Shown here one piece after another: positions 10,254 to 19,217 of a stretch of 64,000 nt of DNA. Below the pieces are notes generated by a model. That model searched no databases. It was not told where the DNA came from and saw only the letters and a list, made by a program, of their open reading frames with translations. Position 1 is the stretch's first letter. The number at the start of each line of letters is the position of its first letter. The position numbers were made by a program, and so were the translations under genes. The DNA is from an uncultured delta proteobacterium (GTDB taxonomy: Bacteria; Myxococcota_A; Polyangia; Polyangiales; Polyangiaceae): positions 864,001 to 928,000 of the forward strand of contig CAWKKR010000001.1 of the NCBI GenBank assembly GCA_963850305.1, given 5' to 3'.

Positions 10254-12764
10254 ATGAGCTCCATCATTCGCTTCGTCAGAGGCACGTCGTGGTCGTTATC
10301 CTTGCTTCTGGCCGTCGGCTGCGGCGGGCAGAGTGAATCCACCAACTCGCCCGGTGGGGGTGGAGGAGACGCTGGTCCCAGCGGCTCCAGCGGAGGCTCG
10401 AAATTCGTGGACGCCGCCGCGGGCGGCAGCGCGACGAGCGCCGGTGGAGCGGCCGGGTCCAGCACCGGCGGCCTTGGCTCGGGTGCCGGTGGAGCAGGTA
10501 ATGCCAGCGGCGGCTCGAGCGGGAACGTCGGCACCGGTGGCGCGTCCACGGCAGGTGGGAGCGACGGCGGCTCGGTCGACGCCGGACGTACGGCAAACGC
10601 AGGGAGTTGCGAAATCGGAGCCGACTGCTCGAGCGGCCATTGCGTCGGGGGAGTGTGCTGCGCGCTCCCGTGCGATACGCCCGGAACCTGCCAGGCGGAA
10701 GAAGGGACCACGTGCCCCGGAGGTACTGCGTGTCACTACGGTACCGCTCAGGACAACGCGCCCTGCACAACCGCCGATCTGTGCTCCCTGGCGAGTTGCT
10801 ACGCCGGACAATGTTCCGTCACTGGTCCGAAGTGCGCTGGCGACGGCGGCAACGACGCTTGCCACCCGGATGTGTGCGACCCGACAACGGGCGCGTGTAG
10901 CCAGGGGGTGCTGTCCTGCGATGATGGCAATCCATGCACGAAGGATACCTGCGACGCGACGCTCGGGTGCCTGCATACGGACAACAACGCTGGCAGCTGC
11001 ACTGACGGGGATTCCTGCACCAACGACAAGTGTACCGGCGGCGTGTGCGTGAGTACGCCCGTCGACTGCTCGTCGCTCACGAACGATTGCAACGTCGGTG
11101 CGTGCACGAACGGAACCTGTCACGCACAAGCGGCGAACGACAAGGGCGCGTGCACGGACGGCCTGGACGCCTGCAGCACAACCGGCGTTTGCAAGCTACA
11201 AGGCGGCAAGGAAACATGCGTTGGTAACGACGATGCGTGCGGGGCGCTTGCCGCGAGCTGCGCAACCTGTACGTCCGGTGCCGGCTGCACGTCGGGGCGC
11301 GATTGTACGTGCCAGACCGCGACGGGCGGCGCCGAACCCATCATTGTCGTCAACGGCGTCTGTGTCAGCGACTCGGACGAGTGCAACACAAACCCCTGCT
11401 CGCCACTGGCGAAGTGCGTCGATCCGACGCCGGACGGCTCGGTGACGGGCGATTACACGTGCACCTGCCCCTCGGGCTATACCGGAAACGGCAAGGGCGC
11501 GTCCGGTTGCACCGACATCAACGAATGTTCCGGTAAGAATCCGTGCGGGGCAGGGGTGGCCACCAACGGGTGCAACGGACTCTCACCACCGGGCAGCTAT
11601 AGCTGCACTTGCAAAACCGGTTATCGCTCGGTCCAGACATCGACCGGCCCGATCTGCGCGTGCGACATGTCCGGTACCTACGGCCTCGTGACCGAGAACC
11701 AGGTGGCCTGGAGCGAGGTGCAAAACGCCATCGAGGCGTCTCCGACGGGCGGCGTGACGACGTACTCCTGGGCACTTCGCTATCAGACCGTCGCGACGAA
11801 CGGAGCGATGACGGTGACGACGGTACCGTGCGGCGGCACCGCACCGGTGCTCTGCGACACGGCCTTCAAGTTCGCTCACGCGCAGTACCAGCCCGACGAG
11901 TCCTGGGGCATGGCGAAGATGCGGTCCGGCTTTCCCCCGCAAACCGTCGGCACCGCGGCCATGGCCAACGCCGTCCCGGGTTCCACCACCTACGCTGAAC
12001 CGCAGGCGACCGCGCTCATGGGCATCACGCTCGCGAGTCCGTCCGGTGCGTGGCCGCCTTGCCGTGAGTGCGTCGGCGTCGCGGCGGGCGCAACGTGCAC
12101 GTGTCCAGGCTCGGCTACCAAGTACACGGTCACGAACGCCGCGGCTTGGTGGGACAACGCGGAAGGCACGGGCCAGCTGGGCGTCACGACGGTGGACGTG
12201 CCGCGCGGAGGCCGGACAATCAACGGCACGCCCCCGGATCCCCCCATCGGATACACGGAGCCCTCCGAATGTCCTCGCCTCGCGACACCGACGGCAACCT
12301 ACGGCTACTCCGAGTGGCCCGGCCTCGACACCAACGGAGCAGGCTTCAGAGCCTATCAGTGGTCGGTCGCCTCTCGAGTGATAAGTCAGCTCAAAGCGTC
12401 GACGGTGACTTTCAACACCACGACGAACTCTTGCTCCCTGGCCGGCACCATCGGAGGTCCCGATTCGGGAAAGGCGCACACGGACGGGCGCGTCGAGGGT
12501 TGCGAGAAGTGCAAGGACTCGCTCACTACGCTGAACACGTGCGTCGACGGTGGCGCGTGTACCGCCGCCGAAGTGGACTCGTATGACGATGTCGGTCAGA
12601 CGCAGCAGGTCGTGTCCGCCACCTTCACTCTCACGAAGCTCTCCACCGACCTCGGCGCGATCCTCGCCGAAACTGGCGCGGCCCAGCAGACCGATCTCAC
12701 CAACGCTTGCAATGCGCTCCGCAGCGCGAACTGCCCGTCCGGCGACACGTGCACCGTGCCTTGA
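10254..12764 (+). CDS. Cys-rich lipoprotein (G/S linker, CDDGNPCT.D.C repeats, EGF-like units, unnamed C-terminal domain)
   Basis: Lipobox LAVG-C; Gly/Ser linker; DSDEC and DINEC EGF units. Confidence 0.82.
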   Translation: MSSIIRFVRGTSWSLSLLLAVGCGGQSESTNSPGGGGGDAGPSGSSGGSKFVDAAAGGSATSAGGAAGSSTGGLGSGAGGAGNASGGSSGNVGTGGASTAGGSDGGSVDAGRTANAGSCEIGADCSSGHCVGGVCCALPCDTPGTCQAEEGTTCPGGTACHYGTAQDNAPCTTADLCSLASCYAGQCSVTGPKCAGDGGNDACHPDVCDPTTGACSQGVLSCDDGNPCTKDTCDATLGCLHTDNNAGSCTDGDSCTNDKCTGGVCVSTPVDCSSLTNDCNVGACTNGTCHAQAANDKGACTDGLDACSTTGVCKLQGGKETCVGNDDACGALAASCATCTSGAGCTSGRDCTCQTATGGAEPIIVVNGVCVSDSDECNTNPCSPLAKCVDPTPDGSVTGDYTCTCPSGYTGNGKGASGCTDINECSGKNPCGAGVATNGCNGLSPPGSYSCTCKTGYRSVQTSTGPICACDMSGTYGLVTENQVAWSEVQNAIEASPTGGVTTYSWALRYQTVATNGAMTVTTVPCGGTAPVLCDTAFKFAHAQYQPDESWGMAKMRSGFPPQTVGTAAMANAVPGSTTYAEPQATALMGITLASPSGAWPPCRECVGVAAGATCTCPGSATKYTVTNAAAWWDNAEGTGQLGVTTVDVPRGGRTINGTPPDPPIGYTEPSECPRLATPTATYGYSEWPGLDTNGAGFRAYQWSVASRVISQLKASTVTFNTTTNSCSLAGTIGGPDSGKAHTDGRVEGCEKCKDSLTTLNTCVDGGACTAAEVDSYDDVGQTQQVVSATFTLTKLSTDLGAILAETGAAQQTDLTNACNALRSANCPSGDTCTVP

Positions 12765-13115
12765 CGGACCCGATCACGACCGTTACCCCTGCTCGAGGGG
12801 ACGCGAGCCGTGAGCTTCGCGCGGCGAACGACCGCCGCACGCTTCGTCGATGAAGCTTCTGAGGCGTCGAACGGTTTCGGCGATTCCAGTCCCCGATCCC
12901 GTCTGACCGGACGTGCTGTTGGCTGGCCGGCTCGGGCGGTCCGCCTCGGGCGCGAATGGGGCAGCGAAGGCCATGCAGGCCTTTCCAGCAAGGCTCATGC
13001 CGCTGCGCGTCGATGGAAAGTTCAGCCAAATTCAATGCCTACGGGCCCGGACTGCGCAAGATTACCACGGTCCCAATGTACGTTCATTGCACACATCGCC
13101 ATCATCAAACGGCGG

Positions 13116-13985
13116 TCAGCCGAGCGGGAGGTCCGAATCCGGGATGGTCTTGTAGTCCTTTCGGTCCTTCAGGGCGCGAGTGGCGGCAAAGACCTCCGCG
13201 GCCGTCGTGAGCAGTCGCTCGGGCATCGCGCGAGCAACGTGTTCTCGGATGGTTGCAGAGCCGTGACGTAAGAACGGGTTCGTCCGGCGTTCGATCCCGA
13301 TCGTCGACGGGACGGAGCTGCGGCCGTCGGCGCGAAGCTTCCACGTCTCTGCGATACGGAGCGCGAGATCGGGATTGTCGGGCTCGACGCTCCACGCGAA
13401 CCTGAGATTGTCCTCGGTGTACTCGTGTGCGCAGCAAACACGCGTCCCCTCGTCGAGAGCCGAGAGCCTGGTGAGACTGTCGTGCATCTTCGCCGGAGGG
13501 CCGTCGAACAGATACCCGCAGCCCGCTCCGAACATCGTGTCGCCACAAAACAACAGTCCGTCCATGACGAACGAGACATGACCGTCGATATGCCCTTCGG
13601 TGAGAAGAACGTGCGCAATCTCACCCCCGAATTCCACGCGATCGCCGTCGTCGACTGGCTCGGTGATCCCGGGCACGCCATTTGCGGCGCGCTTCGGCCC
13701 GACCACTCTCATGGTCGCGAGTAAGCCACGGCGTTCCAGATCGCGATTGATGCCCACGTGATCCCCGTGGGTATGCGTGTTTAGGATGGTGCTCAGGCGC
13801 AAGCCGTGGACGTCCACGTAATCGAGGACCTCCGACGCCGACGGTCCATCGACGACGGCGGCCTCACCCCCTTCTGCCACGATCAACCAGATCAAGTTAT
13901 CCCTGGCCGCCGGGATCTGGTGCACGACCAGCCGCCCGCTCGCGGAGCGAAAGGGAGCGGTCGCCTTCGTGACGACGTGGGTCAT
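13116..13985 (-). CDS. gloB: Hydroxyacylglutathione hydrolase (glyoxalase II)
   Basis: THTHGDHVG metallo-beta-lactamase motif, FCGDTMFGAGCG, CAHEYT..N..FA, E..TNPFLR. Confidence 0.88.
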   Translation of the reverse strand: MTHVVTKATAPFRSASGRLVVHQIPAARDNLIWLIVAEGGEAAVVDGPSASEVLDYVDVHGLRLSTILNTHTHGDHVGINRDLERRGLLATMRVVGPKRAANGVPGITEPVDDGDRVEFGGEIAHVLLTEGHIDGHVSFVMDGLLFCGDTMFGAGCGYLFDGPPAKMHDSLTRLSALDEGTRVCCAHEYTEDNLRFAWSVEPDNPDLALRIAETWKLRADGRSSVPSTIGIERRTNPFLRHGSATIREHVARAMPERLLTTAAEVFAATRALKDRKDYKTIPDSDLPLG

Positions 13986-13992
13986 GAAAGGG

Positions 13993-15165
13993 TCAACTTT
14001 TCTGGGAGCTCTCGGCGACGTGTTTCTGGATGGTGGCCATGACGGCATTGGTCGCCGCGCCCATGAACTCCGCGGCGTGTTCGGTCGCCCAATCGAGAGA
14101 AGCAACCCGCCCGGTGTTCGCCTCGTTGAACTTCGGTAGCACGTGACGAGCAAAGAGCTCGTACGATTTCTTGGTTCGTTCGAACGGAGCCCAGTTGTGC
14201 GCGAGAAGCAGGAACGCGCCAAACGCACCCTGCTTGCGTTCCAGGCGCTCGATCTGATCGATCGCATCTTCCGGAGTACCGATGATCGCGCGGCCGGACG
14301 CAACCAGCCGATCGGCAAGCTCCCCCTCCCCGCGAACGTCGAGATCGCGATTCTGAGCGAGGGGGCTGATACGAGAGAAATAGTCGGCCCACTTCTCGAG
14401 CCCGTACCGCACGTCGGCGCGAGCTTGCTCGCGCGTTTCGGCGATGTGCATCGGACCGACGAGCCTGAGACGGCTCGGGTCCATCCGGTCGCCCCGCTTG
14501 GCAGCGGTCTCGTTCGCGACGCGCCAGTTCACTTCGAGGGCGTCGTAGCCACCGGCAACCGTCGCTGCGACGCACAGCATCCCGAGACCGTACTTGCCCG
14601 CGGCGCGTCCACCCGACGGGGTAACGGAACTCGCCACGGCTACCTCCGGCATCGGCTGCGTGTACGGGCGAAGCTGACACCGAGCGTTTCTCAACTCGTA
14701 CCACTCAGTCTTCTCGGTGACGACTTCCCCGCGCATGAGACGCAAGATGACGTCCAGCGCTTGCATCATCCGATCGCGCTGCTGGGCGACGTCGATACCG
14801 AGCATGAACGCGTCGGATGGCAAGAGCCCCGGCCCCACGCCGAACATCACGCGACCCCGCGTCATGTGGTCGAGTTGAATGATGCGGTCCGCCACCGTGA
14901 GCGGATTGTGATAAGGGAGGCTGACGACTCCCGTACCGAGCCGGATGCGACGCGTGCGCACGGCGGCGGCGGCGATGAAGAGCTCCGGGGACGCGATGAG
15001 CTCGTATCCACCGGAATGATGCTCGCCGATCCACGCTTCGTCGTAGCCGAGCTGATCCAGGAACTCGACGAGGTCCAGATCGCGATGGATCGCTTCCGTG
15101 GGATCCTCGTCGAGGGGATGAAACGGCGCGAGAAAGATACCGGCTCGCAACTTGAACGGGCGCAT
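13993..15165 (-). CDS. LLM-class flavin-dependent monooxygenase (luciferase-like)
   Basis: GIFLAPFH, GYDEAWIGEHHS, IRLGTGVVSLPYHNP, LDH.TRGR..FGVG.G. Confidence 0.9.
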   Translation of the reverse strand: MRPFKLRAGIFLAPFHPLDEDPTEAIHRDLDLVEFLDQLGYDEAWIGEHHSGGYELIASPELFIAAAAVRTRRIRLGTGVVSLPYHNPLTVADRIIQLDHMTRGRVMFGVGPGLLPSDAFMLGIDVAQQRDRMMQALDVILRLMRGEVVTEKTEWYELRNARCQLRPYTQPMPEVAVASSVTPSGGRAAGKYGLGMLCVAATVAGGYDALEVNWRVANETAAKRGDRMDPSRLRLVGPMHIAETREQARADVRYGLEKWADYFSRISPLAQNRDLDVRGEGELADRLVASGRAIIGTPEDAIDQIERLERKQGAFGAFLLLAHNWAPFERTKKSYELFARHVLPKFNEANTGRVASLDWATEHAAEFMGAATNAVMATIQKHVAESSQKS

Positions 15166-15557
15166 CCTCGAATGATCCTCGAATCCCCGGGAAAACACTA
15201 CCCACTGGCTTCCCGGCTCGAAGGCATCATCAAAGCGCTCGGCTTCCCCTTCTCGTTGGCGACGACACAAGCGAACTGGGGAAGGGCCGCTTCGAAACAG
15301 GCCCCGTCCGGGAGATCACCGTGAAGGCGCCGGCCCGGCCCCTGTTGGCCGACAGGGGATGATTCTATCGAGGCGGGAATTTGCCTGAGGATGCCTTCGT
15401 CTAGGGAGGTTCGGCCGACCGAAAACGATCGCGCGCCCCCACGAACCATCGTACGAAAGCCACGGGCCCAGTGCTTCTGGTCTTTTCTGCCTGCGAATGA
15501 CCGACCGTGGAGACTATGTCGGAGTCCCCGAGTATCGATGACCGGAGATCCTATCGC

Positions 15558-16310
15558 ATGACCTATTCGTCCCTGATTCGCGCATCTTGCCTCGGGCTGC
15601 TCACGGCATCGTTCTTCCTAGGATGCGGCGGCCGCATCGAATCCGAGTACTCGACGGATGCGGGCACGAAGGTGGATGGCGGCGCAAAATGCGGGGACGG
15701 GGTGATCGAGGGCGCCGAGGAGTGTGAAGGTACGAACTTCCAAGGGGCGAATTGTGCGAGCGAGACGCTCATCACCACGTCGCAAGGCACGCTTCGCTGC
15801 GTCGCCTGCAAGATCGACTTCAGTGGTTGCAGTGACGTGGGCGGCGGCGCGGGAGCCGGCGGCGCCTTCGGAACCGGCGGCGCCTTCGGAACCGGCGGCG
15901 CCTTCGGAACCGGCGGCGCCTTCGGAACCGGCGGCGCCTTCGGAACCGGCGGCGCGAGTGGTGGTGGCGGCGCGACTGGCGTTCAGTGCACGGCCGACGC
16001 CGCGTGCCTCGATGGAGAGCACTGCTGCGGCAAGATCAGCGGTGGTACTTACACGGGGTTCGCCTGCAGTGGCACGTGCGCTCAAGGCGACACGCCCGTG
16101 GAGTGCAGCCGCCAGGCTGACTGTACCGGCAGTCAGGTGTGTTGCGGCACAACCAACGCGCTGGGAACGCAATATACCTCCCTCACCTGCGCGACGACCT
16201 GCACTGGCGCGGGCCAGCGACTCCTCTGCACGGCGAATGGCGAATGCAGCGGCGGCACGAGCTGCCTCGCGAGCCAGCTGCTGCCCGCAGGCTTCAAGGT
16301 CTGTCGCTGA
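15558..16310 (+). CDS. Cys-rich lipoprotein with a (GGAFGT)5 linker
   Basis: Lipobox FFLG-C; CGDG....EEC motif; Cys-rich C-terminal half. Confidence 0.75.
   Translation: MTYSSLIRASCLGLLTASFFLGCGGRIESEYSTDAGTKVDGGAKCGDGVIEGAEECEGTNFQGANCASETLITTSQGTLRCVACKIDFSGCSDVGGGAGAGGAFGTGGAFGTGGAFGTGGAFGTGGAFGTGGASGGGGATGVQCTADAACLDGEHCCGKISGGTYTGFACSGTCAQGDTPVECSRQADCTGSQVCCGTTNALGTQYTSLTCATTCTGAGQRLLCTANGECSGGTSCLASQLLPAGFKVCR
15856..15955 (+). repeat. Perfect 18-bp coding tandem repeat, CCGGCGGCGCCTTCGGAA x5.5
   Basis: Read directly; encodes GGAFGT units. Confidence 0.95.
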
Positions 16311-16451
16311 CGTCACGGGAACCCGCGACGAACCGACATTCGCTTCGTATCGCACAGGAGCGCCCATCCGCGGACGAGGGCGCACCTAACGGCGTCGCGA
16401 GCGCTCGTCGCGCGAAGATTTTACGTGGTATGATTCGAACTGGATGTGTCG

Positions 16452-16892
16452 ATGACGATAGAGTGGTGGATCCTGGGCGGGGACCGGAAACCGATTGGTC
16501 CAGTGAAACACGATTTGGTCGTGCAAGGTATTTCGGCCGGGCGAATCCCTGTGGACTCGCTCGTGTGCCAGGTCGGCGGCGCGGAGTGGGTCCCGATTCG
16601 CGGCGTGGAAGGCTTCAGCAAGGCATTCGCGAAACTGCGGATCGACGGCCCAACCATGGTCGACCCGTTGCCGCTGATGCCGGAGCCAGGGATCGTCGAT
16701 ATGGATGAGGCGATCACCATGAACGGAGTCCAGCTTCGTGACTTCGACGATGCGCCCGAGCACACGATCGCCGAGGTCGTGCATCCACTCCGACCCGAGA
16801 CGATAGCTCCGTCGAGTTTGCAAAAATTCGAAGACTCCTCCGAGGCAACCGTCGTCGAAGAGCCGCTTCACCTCACGGAGCGGCCCCGCTAG
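16452..16892 (+). CDS. GYF_2/DUF4339-like domain protein with acidic tail
   Basis: WW..G....IGP....V...I.AG.I..DSLV...G..EW pattern. Confidence 0.65.
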   Translation: MTIEWWILGGDRKPIGPVKHDLVVQGISAGRIPVDSLVCQVGGAEWVPIRGVEGFSKAFAKLRIDGPTMVDPLPLMPEPGIVDMDEAITMNGVQLRDFDDAPEHTIAEVVHPLRPETIAPSSLQKFEDSSEATVVEEPLHLTERPR

Positions 16893-16983
16893 AAGTCCGT
16901 CCGCGACGCGGGCGATTCGCGGGGCTGTCGCTCCACGTCACCCAGTCGAACGGGTGTATGCTTTGCAATCGAGACCAGCGCCA

Positions 16984-17208
16984 ATGACCCACCCCGAATT
17001 CGACCCCGAGTACGTCTTCAGTCAACACAAGGCGACGCCGGAGAACATCGCCCACTACGAGGCGATCCACGAAGGCGCAAAAGCCTTCGCGAAGGTGCTA
17101 CTCGCCCATACGCCAGCGTGCCAGGATCAGCTTGCTGCCCTTCAACTCTTGCGAGAAGCAGCGATGACCGCCAACGCCGCCATCGCCCTCGGCGGTCGGT
17201 GGAAGTAA
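16984..17208 (+). CDS. Small helical-hairpin protein, Acb2/Tad1-hairpin-like
   Basis: F..H.......YEAI...AK.FA......TP...DQ.AA...LREA.M.ANAAIA pattern; ends 7 nt before the tRNA-Thr 3' end. Confidence 0.65.
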   Translation: MTHPEFDPEYVFSQHKATPENIAHYEAIHEGAKAFAKVLLAHTPACQDQLAALQLLREAAMTANAAIALGGRWK

Positions 17209-17215
17209 CTCTCGG

Positions 17216-17287
17216 AGCCCTCTTTCGGACTTGAACCGAAGACCTGCGCTTTACGAAAGCGCTGCTCTACCACTGAGCTAAGAGGGC
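17216..17287 (-). tRNA. tRNA-Thr(CGT)
   Basis: Reverse complement GCCCTCTTAGCTCAGTGGTAGAGCA-GCGCT-TTCGTAA-AGCGC-AGGTCTTCGGTTCAAGTCCGAAAGAGGGC-T; CCA not encoded. Confidence 0.96.
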
Positions 17288-17399
17288 GATGATTGAGTAC
17301 GCGCGAAATCGATCGAGGCCCGAGGCGCCTGCGGAAGCCCGCGGGGCGCCGCGACGGAAGGCGGGGAGCATACGCAGCCTCGGATTCGAGTCAAGCCGC

Positions 17400-17771
17400 G
17401 TGACGACGTGCGGCGCCCTTCGAAGCGCGGGCTTCTCGGTAGTGTTGACCGTCCTGGTCGCTCTACTGGGATGCGCTCCGACGGTCGGAACGATTGGCGC
17501 CGTGCTGGCCCAAGCCCCGGACGGGCGCCTGTTCGTCCACGAGACACCCCAGGGTCTAGCCGCCGAGCGCGAGGGTCTGCGCCCGGGAGACGAGATCCTG
17601 CTCATCGATGGGATGGACGTCAGGCGCATGAACGAACCCGAACTTCACCACGCCCTGTCAGGCGACGCAGGGACAACCGTTAGACTCACGATCGTACGCG
17701 GCCCAGAGGTGATCCACGCAGCCGTGAAACGCACGCCGGCTCCGGCACGGGAGCGCACGGGTTCCGGCTGA
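17400..17771 (+). CDS. PDZ-domain lipoprotein
   Basis: Lipobox LLG-C; GTIGA..., [24 protein letters not shown]; start uncertain. Confidence 0.75.
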   Translation: MTTCGALRSAGFSVVLTVLVALLGCAPTVGTIGAVLAQAPDGRLFVHETPQGLAAEREGLRPGDEILLIDGMDVRRMNEPELHHALSGDAGTTVRLTIVRGPEVIHAAVKRTPAPARERTGSG

Positions 17772-17818
17772 CTTTCGTTTCTTCATCGCCGATGGCCGTG
17801 GTAGTGTCCGCGGCCGCC

Positions 17819-19216
17819 ATGAGCCGACACCTTTTCACGTCCGAATCCGTCACGGAAGGCCACCCCGACAAGCTGTGCGACGCGATCAGCGACTCCGTGC
17901 TGGATGCCGTTCTTGCTCAAGATCCGCGCGCGCGGGTCGCCTGTGAGACCTTTTGCAAGACCGGGTTCGTCATCGTCGGTGGGGAGATCACGACCACGGC
18001 GAGGGTCGACTTCGGGCGCCTGGCGCGGCAAGCGATCAAGGAGATCGGGTACACGAGCTCCGCGATGGGCTTCGATTGGGAGACGTGTGCGGTGATGACG
18101 GCGATCGAGCCCCAGTCTCCGGATATTTCCCAGGGCGTGACCGAGGGAGAAGGACTCCATAAAGAGCAAGGTGCAGGCGATCAAGGCCTCATGTTCGGCT
18201 TTGCATGCGACGAAACGCCGGAGCTGATGCCGGCGCCGATCATGTACGCCCATCGTTTGACCGAACGGCTTTCACTCGTGCGAAAGAAGGGCGAGGTGAA
18301 CTTCCTGCGCCCGGACGGGAAGAGCCAGGTCACGGTGGAGTATGCCGGTGACGTCCCCAAGCGAATCGAGACCGTCGTCCTCTCGACTCAGCATTCCCCG
18401 GAAGTGAGCCATGATGAATTGCACGCCGTCGTGATGGACATCATCGTCAAGAAGGCGCTCCCGGCGAAGCTCCTCGACAAGGAAACGAAGTTCTTCATCA
18501 ATCCAACGGGACGTTTTGTCATCGGGGGTCCGTTCGGAGATGCAGGGCTCACCGGGCGGAAGATCATCGTCGACACTTACGGTGGGATGGGCCGACACGG
18601 CGGCGGAGCGTTCAGCGGCAAGGATCCGTCGAAGGTCGACCGATCCGCAGCCTATTTCGCCCGCTATGTGGCAAAGAACGTGGTCGCTTCTGGGGTCGCC
18701 CGGCGCTGTGAACTTCAAGTCGCGTATGCCATCGGCGTCGCGAGGCCCGTCGGCGTGCACGTCAACACCTTCGGCACCGGCAAGGTCGACGATGACACGC
18801 TGGGGGACTATATCGCCGCGAACTTCGACATGCGACCGCGGGCCATCATCGAGCAACTCGATCTCCTGCGGCCAATCTATCGGGCCACGGCTGCTTATGG
18901 CCATTTCGGTCGCAAGGGCTTCCCCTGGGAGAGGCTCGATCGCGCCAAGCAGATCGCGAAGGATCTCGTGGGTCGCGGGAGCAGGAAAGCTGCAGCCTCC
19001 GTACCGGAGAAGGCGGCGGCGCCGGCGGCCGGGACGACGCGCCGTCGCGGACGAGTGGCGCCGGCAGCCACAGTTGACAAGGCGCGCGCGGCTAAGGCCA
19101 AAGACGCCCGCGAGGAGCGGTCACCCAAGTCGACGCGACGGGTGAAGGCGGGGCGCCCCTCCGCCGGGACGCAGCCTGCGTCCAAGCGTCGAGCGGGCCG
19201 TCGCGCCCAACGCTGA
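17819..19216 (+). CDS. metK: S-adenosylmethionine synthetase with basic C-terminal extension
   Basis: [37 protein letters not shown]. Confidence 0.98.
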   Translation: MSRHLFTSESVTEGHPDKLCDAISDSVLDAVLAQDPRARVACETFCKTGFVIVGGEITTTARVDFGRLARQAIKEIGYTSSAMGFDWETCAVMTAIEPQSPDISQGVTEGEGLHKEQGAGDQGLMFGFACDETPELMPAPIMYAHRLTERLSLVRKKGEVNFLRPDGKSQVTVEYAGDVPKRIETVVLSTQHSPEVSHDELHAVVMDIIVKKALPAKLLDKETKFFINPTGRFVIGGPFGDAGLTGRKIIVDTYGGMGRHGGGAFSGKDPSKVDRSAAYFARYVAKNVVASGVARRCELQVAYAIGVARPVGVHVNTFGTGKVDDDTLGDYIAANFDMRPRAIIEQLDLLRPIYRATAAYGHFGRKGFPWERLDRAKQIAKDLVGRGSRKAAASVPEKAAAPAAGTTRRRGRVAPAATVDKARAAKAKDAREERSPKSTRRVKAGRPSAGTQPASKRRAGRRAQR

Positions 19217-19217
19217 A

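Noticed and set aside
15339..15358. CCCCTGT/ACAGGGG hairpin between divergent genes
   Set aside because: Short GC-rich stem with no U-tract; could be an operator but is unsupported.
15856..15955. Tandem repeat as a CRISPR array
   Set aside because: Units are contiguous with no spacers, lie in frame within a CDS, and there are no cas genes.
17289..17818. SAM riboswitch upstream of metK
   Set aside because: The region is occupied by the PDZ gene, the spacer is under 50 nt, and no SAM riboswitch motif was recognised.
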